Shown here: positions 13,348-25,500 of the stretch, piece after piece
Numbering within the stretch: position 1 is the first letter of the stretch
Layout: every line of letters begins with the position of its first letter
DNA from: Paraspadella gotoi
Taxonomy: Eukaryota > Animalia > Chaetognatha
Reading direction: 5' to 3'
Length of the DNA: 64,000 bases
Assembly: GCA_051294375.1 (NCBI GenBank)
Contig: CM119263.1
Span: 2,488,182-2,552,181 of the forward strand
The notes under the pieces: model-generated
Told to the model about the DNA's origin: nothing
Database searches by the model: none
Seen by the model: only the letters and a program-made list of their open reading frames with translations
Program-made: the position numbers and the translations under genes

Positions 13348-16300
13348 GTTCTTGACCGAATGATTGATTGATTGATTGGGTCAAGTGACTTGCTTAATGG
13401 ATTACGAATTATTAATTGATTGGTGATAAATTTATTGTTTTGATTGCCAGCATCAACATAAATAGATAGTTGGATTGCTTTATGAAATTAATATATTTCT
13501 AGTGACCGACTACTAATAGATTAAACGGTGGCTGCAATCATTCGATTTATTGATTGATAGATCAGAGAGTTTTTATTGATTTATTTTGACCGATTTACAA
13601 TCGCTAATCGTTTATAATGATTCGATTTGATCGATGGAAAGATTTGAATGATTGATTGATTGGATCGATCCATCTCGATCGCCATCTTTCCAGGTCGAAC
13701 TCCACTGTCGCCTCGAAGGATGCGTCCGACCCAAGACCATCTGGGATTTGGCGCAGGAGAAACGAATTCCGCTTCCGAGACAAACGGAGAAGAATTCATC
13801 GAGTTTTGCGGAGTCGCGAAAGCGAACGAACCTCCGCTCGATCTTAACCAGTGGCTCAAGAACATCTCCTGCACGGTAGATGGAGGGGTGGAGGAAGGGG
13901 GTGGTCGAGCTGAATGGGGCGTGGGAGTGAAGGGGAAGGTGGATGGGAGCTGGCTGGAGTGAGGGGGGCAATGCAGGGCTGGGAACATGTGACAAGCTGC
14001 AATATCAAGTAAATAGAACCGATCATTACGTGAGAAGCTCCCAAATCAAATAATAGAACCAATCGAACTGTGACGAATTCCCAAATCAAGTAAATAGAAC
14101 CAATCGTTATTTGGGATGCTCCCAATTAAATAAACAGAACCAATCAAAGTGTGACAAGCTCCACAAATCAAGTAATAGAACCAATCAAAACGTGACAAGC
14201 TCTCCAATCAAGTAACTAGAACCAATCTAAATTCAGGTTCCCATCGTCAAGCTCTACTTCCACGTGTGTCGCGGCGACGCGGCCGCCATCAAGCGGACGG
14301 CGATGGAAATGCTCGAGGACAAAGCGAACGAGGGCGTCATCTATGTAGAAGTTCGTTACCCGCCGGGGATGATGGCGGGTGAGAAAATGATAGCTATCTA
14401 AATATCCATCTATCCATCCTTGACTCTTTCTCTCGAAACAAGCCCATGGTCTGACGATAATATCCATAATTATCCATATATTATCTATTAATCCATCCAT
14501 AACTCACTTTAAACAGGCCGGGCCTAGATATCTATCTTACTATCTTACTATCCATCCCTTACTCTCTCTAAACAAGACCCGCGATATCTAGTAAGGCGCA
14601 ACAGGTTACAAACTAACAGAAGTCCGTTATAAATATTGTTAATGTTGAGGCTACTTACCACAATGTGTTTATTAAAGATCGCTGAAAAAAAATATAATTT
14701 AAGATTTATCTTATAGTTAAACGCATGAACATTTTTATGATTCTATAGTAACGCATGAAGCTATTTTATATTTTCCGAATACAATGTAATGTCAAAATTT
14801 TTTAAAATAAATTTTAATTTTTTTAAAACGGATTCTGATAGAGCTTGAAAAGTTAGACGAAGGTTATTAATACAACTTTTAGAAATTTTAATGATTTATT
14901 TATAAAAATTAACAAAAACTATAAAATTTAATGAATGATGATGATATTGATGATAATGATAACGTTTTAAGGTTTTTTCAAATTTTAGCCCATTTATAAT
15001 TAAAAATTTTGAAATTTGTAGTTCTAACCTTTATCTATAAAAATTTAAATTTCTTAAAAATTTTTCTAAACATTTCTTATATATTGTTAAATATTAAAAT
15101 GCTTCCATGCATGAGGAAATTTAATTTAATAAAATTAAAAATCAAACATAAGTAAATTTGGTTGTAAAAGGAAATATTGTAAAAAATTTAAATTTTGCCC
15201 GCCTTAATATCCTGTATCTATGCAGCTCTCTATCCAACCATGAAACCCTCTCACTCTCAATCAGGCCCGGGACTGACCATGGAGCAAGTGGCCCTCGCCG
15301 TGCAGGACGGATTCAACGTTCTCTCCAAGCAAAGAGGCGACACCATCACTGGCAGATCGATTCTCGTTATCGACCGCGAGAGGCCGCAGGAAGCGGACGC
15401 CATTGTGGAGATAGCGAAGAGGTAGGGGGGAAAGGAGAAGGAGAAAATGGAGGGAGAAGGGGAAGAGAAAAGATGAAGGGAGAAGGGCGGAAGAGGAAAG
15501 GGTTAGGGAGGGGGGAAGTAGAAAGGNNNNNNNNNNNNNNNNNNNNNNNNNGTAGGAAGAAGGTGGAAGAGAAAAGATGAAGGGAGAAGGGGAAGAAGAA
15601 GGGAAGAGAAAGGTGGACTGAGATATTGTTAGTCACGTTAGACTTAATATGAATTCACCGAGGAAATTTTGTGAATGGAATCGCAGGCTTAAGTCGAAAG
15701 GCGTCGTGGGCATCGCGCTCAGCGGAGACGAAAACACGATTCACGAAAACAACCCGACTCACGCGGCCATCGCTAAGGCCTTTGAAGTGAGTCTTCTGTG
15801 TCATTGTTTATTCACGTCGGCCTTTAGGAGTGATCTTTGCTGACATTCGCAATTGCGACAATTTTCACAGTGTTACCCGCCGTCGCTCAAGATTTTGAAA
15901 AGATTAGACTAGCGGTTGCCGACCAAATTCAAATTTTAATGGGAACAGCATTAAACTAATCCATTATTGGTATTAATTATTGTGTTAAAATATTTTTTTG
16001 CAAAAATGTTCCAAACCATGAGTAATTCGCTAATTAATATTATTATATCGCTAAATAATGTCAAAAATTTTTTTAGATATTTTAAAGTTTTAGATATTTT
16101 AAGTTTTTTTAATAGATTCTGATAGAGCTTAAAAAGTTAAGCAAAAAATATAATTACAATTTTTAAAATTTTGATGTTTTAATTTTATTAATTTTATTAA
16201 TTTTAACCCACTTATCATCAAAATATTGAAAAAACAATTATACTTTGTGCAGATAACTTTTCATAAGCTATTTGAATCTGCTTTTAAAAATAAAAAATTC

Positions 16301-16549
16301 AAAAAAAAATTTTTGACATTTCCTATCTATAAATAAATATTAAAAAAAATAATTACTAATGCTTCTTGCCATTTTAGAAAATTTTGCTCCATTGAAAGTT
16401 TTCTCAGAAATGTATAAAGTTTCATTTGGAAAGGTTCCCAATTCAAACTTCTGACCCACCCCATTGACGAAGTTTGGCTCTAATTAGACCATGGCAAGCA
16501 GTTGAAACTTGAAGTCGTCGTCGCTTTTGTGACATGTCCTTAATTGTCC

Positions 16550-16589
<40 letters not shown>

Positions 16590-19500
16590 AATTAAATTTC
16601 TATTATCATTTTTTTCACCCAGAAAGCGAAGAAACTTCGCCTTCACCGAACTGTGAACAACGGGCAAGGAGGTGAAGGATCGAGTTGGAACGTGAAGGAG
16701 GCGATCACTCGACTCAACGCAGAAAGAATCGGTCACGGATACAAGTTTTTTGAAGGCAAAGACTGGGGGGGCGGGGGGGGGTGAAAAGGGGAAGCTGGAT
16801 CGAAGTAGCGGAAAGGTGAACATTCGAAAGTTTAATTTAGAGGAAAACAAAGTTTTTAATTCTTAACAAATGAAATTATAAATTTAAAACAGTAACTTTT
16901 GCTCAATTTAAAATGAAATACGAGGCTGTTGTTGAAAGAAAAAAAATTGAGCTCTGACAACGGTGGACCGGGGTCCAATCCATTTTACGATTAATTCCTT
17001 TCGGGTTAAGCCGACTTTTCATCTTCCTTCCCCCCCCCCCCACAACCTCCTCAGGATCCTGAACTGATGCGACTGGCCAAGGACAAGGGCATCCACTTTG
17101 AGATCTGCCCCTACTCGTCTCTGCAGCGCCGCGCCGTCGACCCCAACTTGCCCTTGACCCAACACCCGCTCAAGACCCTCTTTGAGGGCGGCTTCAGCGT
17201 CTCCATCAATACCAGCGACCCGACGGTTACTCGCAAGGACATCAAGCACGAGTACATCCTAGCCTATGATCAGATGAGCATGACGTTGGATGAAATCTGC
17301 ACCACAATCCGTTTGGCGGCCAGAGCCTCGTTTCAGGTGAGTGGGCGTGGTCTTGGAGTTAAAATAGACTTTTAATATTTTATTTCTAACAGTATAATTT
17401 ATTTGGTTTAAAATAAACTAATAATAAAATCTTATATAAGGTGATAGATGTGAAAACTAAAAAAGTTTTTTAACTAAATTTAACCAAAACTTAATTCTTC
17501 TTCCAGGACGAGAGTCACCGCAACGCCCTCATCGAACGTATGGACGACACCATGTCCAACATCCGGGAGCGCGCCCGGCATTTTGTCCGCTTCCAGCGAG
17601 ACTACCAGGCCTTCTGGGGTCCGGACTTCCGGGTAACCAGTTTGAACATCTCCAACCGGGATGCATTTCCTCTCCACTCCCATCCCGACACTTCCGGTAT
17701 GGGCAACATTGTGGCCAAGAAGAAGCCAGGAGATAAGAAGGTAATTGAACCAGAGGAGAAGCCAATGCCGAACCAAGCACCCTGGGCTCTGAGGGAAATC
17801 GTAAAAGAGGAGGACGTTAAAAAAGGCGTGACGCCCGTGGAGGCGCCCAAAAACGTCATGGTGCCTGGGCTGGGAATGTCCCAGATGAGAATTCCTGTGC
17901 CAATTGTATTCGTGTGCGGCGGACCAGGGTCAGGAAAAGGCACTCAATGTCAACGCATCGTAGAAGAGTACGGCTTCACCCACCTTTCCTCGGGTGACCT
18001 ACTTAGAGAGGAAGTGGCCTCAGGGTCGGAAACAGGTCAGACGCTTCAAAAGATCATGCAGGATGGTGAGTTAGTCCCCTTGGAAACTGTCCTCACATTG
18101 ATCAAGGACAAGATGGTCGATTGCCTGAAGACATCGAAAGGTTTCTTGATTGACGGGTACCCGAGAGAGAGGGAGCAGGGAGTCAAGTTTGAAGCAATGA
18201 TTGGGCCTTGCAAATGCGTACTTTTTTTCGACGTTTCTGATGATGAAATGACGGAAAGGCTTTTAAAGCGAGCTGAGACTTCGGGAAGGGCTGATGACAA
18301 CTTAGAAACAATCAAGAAACGATTAGAAACGTTTCATGCGACTGTTGACCCAATTTGCGAGTATTATGCAAAGAAGAACAAATTGTATCAAATTGATGCT
18401 GACTCCCGTGGGCCTGACGAAATCTTTGAGGACACTAGGGCAAAGATGGACATCGTGATTGGGAAGGTAAAAGCCCCTCCGCCCAAAATAAAAGCTGATG
18501 TGTTTTTTGTCTGTGGAGGACCTGGTTCTGGAAAGGGAACGCAATGTGACAGAATCGTTAAGAATTACGGATTCACTCATATTTCATCTGGTGATTTGTT
18601 AAGAAATGAAGTCGCCTCCAATTCTCCAAAGGGAAAAGAGCTGAATGAACTGATGCAAGCAGGAAAACTCGTTCCGCTCGAAACGGTTCTCGGGCTCATC
18701 AGGTCTCAAATTGTCAAAAAGGCCAGAACATCCAAAGGTTTTCTTATTGATGGCTATCCAAGAGAAATCGCTCAGGGCATCAAATTCGAAGATCAAATTG
18801 CTAATGTCAAGGGTGTTCTGTATTTTGATGTCTCTGATGAGGAAATGACAAAGCGTTTGCTGAACAGAGGCAAGACCTCTGGCAGAGTTGACGATAACAT
18901 TGAAACAATTCAAAACAGATTGAGCACCTTTCATGCCTCAACAGAGCCTGTCTGTACTCATTACAAAAAGAAGGGGAAACTGAGAGTGATTGATGCAGAG
19001 CGTCCTCCCGAAGATGTTTTTTATGATGTGCAAGTTCAACTCAACAAGTTCCTCAAGCTTCCGCCTCCAGCCGCTCCAAGAATCGAGACTGACATCTTCT
19101 TTGTCTGTGGAGGTCCTGGTTCGGGAAAGGGAACTCAATGCGAGCAAATAGTCAAAGATTATGGCTATACCCATTTTGCAACGGGAGATTTGCTCCGCGC
19201 TGAGGTCGCCTCTGGATCTTCAAGGGGAAAAGAATTACGGGCCATAATGAAGGAGGGCAAGTTAGTGCCAATTGACACTGTCTTGGAATTGGTCAGAGAC
19301 GCGATGTTGTCAAAGAGGTCAACGTCCAAAGGTTTTTTGATTGATGGTTATCCAAGAGAAGTAGCGCAGGGTAAGCAGTTTGAAGACAAGGTCGGCGAAG
19401 TTAAGGGAGTGTTATTTTTTCAAGTGTCAGACGATGAAATGACCCAAAGATTATTAACTAGAGGAAGAATTACCGGCAGCAAGCACGATACGGAAGATTC

Positions 19501-22500
19501 TATTAGAAGTAGACTAGCAACGTTTCACGAAACTTCAGATTCAGTAAAGGAATTCTACAAAAAACAAGGAAAATTACATGTTATTAATAGTGAGCGTAGA
19601 GAAAATGAAATATTCAGAGATGTTGCTTTATCCTTGGACAAAATTTTGGGATTAAAGAAAGTTCGTTCTGATATATTTTTTGTTTGTGGTGGTCCCGGCT
19701 CAGGAAAAGGAACACAATGTGAAAAAATGGTAAGAGAATATGGCTTTACTCACTTGTCAACGGGGGATTTATTACGTGCAGAAGTTGAATCAGGATCTGC
19801 AAGAGGGAAACAACTCAATTCTTTGATGCAAGCTGGAAAACTTGTACCAATGGAAATTGTACTAAATCTCTTAGAAGAGGCAATGTTAGCAAAATTTAAA
19901 ACTTCTAAAGGATTTTTGATTGATGGTTATCCTCGCGAAGTGGAACAAGGAGTTGCTTTTGAAAAGCAAGTTGGAAAATGCAAAGGAGTATTGTACTTTG
20001 AGGTATCAGATTCAGTCATGATAAAGCGGCTATTGAATCGTGGTAAGACATCAGGGCGAGTTGATGATAACATTAGTACAATTCGCAAACGTCTACAAAC
20101 ATTTCATGATGCCACAACTCCAGTTTTTGAGCATTATGCAAATCAAGGAAAACTGCACACAATTAATGCTGAACGATCACCAGATGAAATTTTTCTTGAT
20201 GTTAAAAATGAAATAGAATGGATGCTAGGGGTTCGGCCAAATATTAAGGGAGACATTTATTTTGTCTGTGGGGGACCAGGTTCAGGGAAAGGTACACAAT
20301 GTGAAAAACTTGTAAAGAGATATGGATTAACACATCTTTCATCTGGAGATTTATTACGTGAAGCTGTTATGAGTGGATCTCCAATAGGTCAAGAACTTAG
20401 TGCTATTATGTCAGCTGGAAGGCTAGTTCCTTTAGAAACAGTATTGAAACTGATTCGTGATGCCATGATCGCTAAAGCGGCAACTTCAAAAGGATATTTA
20501 ATTGATGGTTACCCACGAGAAATAATACAAGGAATTAAATTTGAAAATCTCCTAAAACCATGTAAAGCAGTAATTTATTTTGAAGTTTCTGACAAAGAGA
20601 TGACATCGAGGTTACTCAATAGAGGTCAAAGCTCTGGAAGAGCTGATGACAATCAGGCAACCATTGCTAAAAGACTTGTTACATTTCATCGAACAACCAC
20701 GCCAGTAGTAAATCATTACAAGCATATAGGAAAGCTGATAGAAATTAATGCTGAAAAGCATCCAGATGATGTGTTTGAAGTGCTTAAAGCAGAAATGGAT
20801 GAATTAACAGGACTAAATGAAACAGCCCCGCCTGTAGAAATCTGGGACAGGATTAATAATGGTTACATGACGGTGAGTAGAAGGCATTATCTCAAAGTTA
20901 AAAAATTTTTTAAGAAAGATAAAACTTGGATTTTAGATAAAAATACCCTTAAACCAGTCGAAGTTACATGGAACCATTTCATGAAAATACGAAATGAATA
21001 CAGGCTATCTTCCCCTGAGCTTTCATGTAGACCAGGAGACAACACTTTGTTTGTAAATATTCCAGATAAAATAAATGGTACCAAAATGCGGGTGACTTGG
21101 GAAATGTGGCTTAAAGTTCGGAACCATATTGAAGTAGATATCTTTGATAAAATAAATCATTGTTGGATGGCAGTACCAAGAGATGATTATTTGAAGACAA
21201 AACATTATTATCAAACAGAACAAACATACATGTATGATAAAATAAATCAATGTGAAATGAAAGTTTCCTGGAAAAATTTTTGCATGGTTCGACACTTTTA
21301 TACTGATATGATTATTGATGCGCATCCAGGAGATAAAACATTGCATACAACTATTCATGATAAAGTCAATAACTGTCTCATGAGGGTTACTTGGGAAGAC
21401 TATCTAAAAGTAAAACATCATTATCTTCCTAAGCCAAACCTGGAAGGGAAACCCATTATATTTGTTTGCGGTGGACCTGGAAGTGGAAAAGGTACTCAAT
21501 GCGAGAAAATTGTAAAGAACTATGGATTTACTCATCTTTCCTCAGGAGATCTGTTAAGAGATGAAGTTGCTTCCGGTTCAAAAAGGGGGAAAGAGTTAAA
21601 TGCATTGATGCAATCAGGTCAGCTTGTTCCTTTAGAAGTGGTTTTAGAATTAATAAAAGATGCTATGATAGCTAAAAAAGATACTTCAACTGGATATTTA
21701 ATTGATGGCTACCCTCGCGAGGTGGCTCAGGGAAAAATGTTTGAGGACACTATAGGATATTGCAAGGGAGTGATATATTTTGATGTTTCTGACGATGAAA
21801 TGACCAAGAGGCTACTTCACAGAGGAAAAACCTCTGGCCGTGTTGATGACAATGAAGAAACCATTAAGAAAAGGTTACAAACCTTCCATGACGCAACTGC
21901 CCCTGTAACAAAGTATTATGCTGCCATTAACAAACTGTATACTATTAATGCTGAAAGGAATCCTGACGAAATTTATAAGGACGTTGTGAATGCTCTTGAT
22001 CAGATGATTTTGTCTGATTCAAAAGTTATCTTTGTAATTGGAGGTCCAGGATCTGGAAAAGGAACACAGTGCTCTAAATTACTCAAACGATATAATCTTT
22101 CACACCTTTCCTCAGGAGATTTGCTCAGGGAAGAGGTAGCAAGTGGATCAGATATTGGAAATACTGTTAAGGATATTATGAAAAGAGGAGAGCTGGTTCC
22201 CTTACAAACAATATTAACCCTAATAAAAGATGGCATGGTAAAAAGATCACTTAAAGGAAGCAAAGGTTTTTTAATTGATGGATATCCTCGTGAAGTCGCA
22301 CAGGGAGACAGTTTTGAAAGCATGATTAAGCCATGTGATAAATGCCTTTTTCTTCAAGTTTCAGATGAATCAATGACAAATCGCTTATTAGCAAGGGCAG
22401 CTATGAATAAACGATCTGATGAGAATGAAGAAACAGTTAAAAAGCGATTGAAAAGTTTCCATGGCATAATTCAACCAGTTGTTAACCATTACAAAGACAA

Positions 22501-25500
22501 AAGAAAACTGGTTGAAATAACTGCAGAAGGAAACATTGATGACATATTTTTAGCGATAACTAAGAATTTGGATAAAGTTTTTAAGCTGTCAAATCCACCT
22601 ACACAGATATGGGATCGAGTCAATAATTGTTTTATGACCGTACCCTATGATGTGTATAAAAATGTAAAACATTTTTATAAAAGAGATACTACTTATATCT
22701 ATGATCGTGTCAATAAATGTGGCATGGAGGTCACATGGGATCAGTACATGAAAGTAAGACATCTTTATGCTGATTCAAAATTAGAAGTTTCACCAAGACC
22801 AGGAGACGAAACTATATATGTTGTAGCCTTTGATCATGTTAATAAAGCTAAAACAAGGATGTCATGGGAAAACTACCAAAAATTACTTGAATGGTTTAGT
22901 GTTAAAATTTGGGACAAAGTAAACCACACTTGGATGACTATACCAAGATCTGTTTACTATACAATCAAACATCATTATGAAGATAATACTACTTTTATGT
23001 ATGATAACATAAACAAGTGCCCAATGAGAGTTACTTGGAATAACTACCTTAAAGTAATGCATCATTTTGATGGTATGTTCCCAGAAATTTCTCCGAGACC
23101 AGGAGATGTAACACTTTATGTAAAAATTCCAGACGAAGACAACAAGAAAAAAATTAGAATGACCTGGGCAGATTACCAAATGATAAAAAGTCGTTTCTTT
23201 GTTGATATCTATGACAAAGTTAATGACTCTTGGATGACAGTTCCACGCAAGATTTATCTGACTGTAAAACACCATTATAAAAAAGATAAAACCTATATTC
23301 TTGATGAAGACTGTCCAAAATTGGTTTCGTGGTCCGATTATTGTAAAAACATGCATCATTTTGCAGACGTTACCCCCGAAATTTCACCAAAACCAGGTGA
23401 TGATACTTTGTATGTTCTTATTTATGATAGGGTAAACCAATGTAACATGAGGGTATCCTGGAATATTTATCAAACTGTCAAGCATTATTACAAGCCACCC
23501 CCATTAGAAGACAAAATAATAATTTTTGTTTGTGGAGGTCCTGGAAGTGGCAAAGGTACCCAGTGTGAGAGAATTGCACAAAAATATGGGTACACCCATC
23601 TGTCTTCCGGCGATTTACTTAGGGCAGAGGTAGCAAGTGGTTCAGCAAGAGGACAAAAACTTGCAGTAACCATGCAAGAGGGAAAGCTTGTTCCCTTAGA
23701 ATCTGTTTTGAGTCTCATAAAGGATGCAATGATACAGAAATTTGATGAATCAAATGGGTTTATAATAGATGGTTATCCAAGAGAAGTTGAACAAGGAAAA
23801 AAATTTGAAGATCAGCTTGCCCCTTGTAAAGCAGTTCTATTTTTCGATGTATCAGATGAAGAAATGAAAAATAGATTATTACAGCGAGGAAAAACCTCTG
23901 GGAGAGCTGACGACAATGAAAAAACCATAATGAAGAGAATAAGAACATTCCATGAAGTTTCAGAACCCGTGAATGAATATTATAAAGAAAGAAGAAAATT
24001 ATTTACTATAAATGCAGAAAGGCGACCAGGAACTGTATTCACAGATGTAGAACAAGTTTTAGACCAAATAACACTCGAGAAAACTAAAGTATTATTCATT
24101 ATTGGAGGACCAGGAGCTGGTAAAGGTACACAATGCAAAAAATTATCTAATGAATTTAATCTTTCTCAAATGTCGTCTGGGGATCTTCTACGAACTGAAG
24201 TTGACTCTGGTTCACATCTTGGAACAGCTTTGAATGATATCATGGGAGTTCGTGAGCCAGTGGCAGTTGAAACTGTACTTAGGTTATTAAAACTAAAAAT
24301 GGTCAATGAAGCCTTAAACGGAAGTCGTGGATTCTTAATTAATGGCTTTCCACGAACAGTGAAACAAGGAGAAATGTTTGAAAAAATAATAAAACCAGCA
24401 GACACTTGTATTTATTTTAATGTTTCAGACAAAACAATGTCTGACCGATTAAAGCAAAACGCTAAAAATCAAGGAATTGAACTTGATGATGATACTATTC
24501 AAGCCAAATTAGAAAATTTTCATAAAACTTCACATCCTGTATATGTCCAGAATCGTGCAAAAGGTAAAATGATTGAAATAAAAGCAGAAGGAGATGTTGA
24601 TTCGATTTTCAAAGAAACAAGAGCACGAGTTCAACTTGTAATGAGTCCAACACCACCAGATCTTTCGAAAAAGCCCATAATTTTTGTGTGTGGCGGGCCA
24701 GGAAGTGGTAAAGGCACACAATGTAATAAAATTGTTGAAAAATATGGTTTTACTCATCTCTCCTCTGGAGACCTGTTACGGGAAGAAATTGCCTCAGGAT
24801 CGGTCAGAGGTAAACAGTTAAATGAAATGATGGTAAATGGAGAATTGGTACCATTAAAGATAGTGCTGACATTAATAAAGGAAGCAATGATTGCTAAAGC
24901 TCATACATCCAAAGGTTATTTGATTGATGGGTATCCTCGTGAAGTAGAGCAGGGAAAGCAGTTTGACTCATCCATTGCACCGTGTACAGCCGTTTTATAT
25001 TTCGAAGTTTCCCGTGGAGAAATGACCAAACGTTTGATGAACCGTGGAAAAACTTCCGGAAGAGTTGACGATAATGCTGAAACCATCAAAAAACGACTGG
25101 AAACTTTTTATACTGTAACAACTCCAGTAACCGAATATTATAATTCTATCGGAAAGCTTTTTACTATTAATGCTGAGCGTACGCCAGATGCCATCTTTAA
25201 TGATGTAGAAGATGCATTGGATAAAACAGTTTTAAAAGTCCCAAAAGTTCTTTTCATTGTTGGAGGACCAGGCAGCGGAAAAGGAACACAATGCGAAAAA
25301 CTGGTCTCTTCCTTTGGTCTCACTCATTTATCATCAGGAGATCTGTTGCGTGAAGAGGTTGCCTCAGGGTCAAAATTAGGTAAAGATTTGGATAAAATTA
25401 TGAAAAAAGGAGAACTTGTACCTTTGGAAACCGTGTTGTCTATTCTCAAGGCTGCTATGGTTAAAGCAGCTTTAAAAGGAAGCAAAGGGTTTTTGATCGA

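Noticed and set aside
14004-14230. CRISPR-like array
   Set aside because: Degenerate tandem units without unique spacers, in a eukaryotic intron, with no cas genes.
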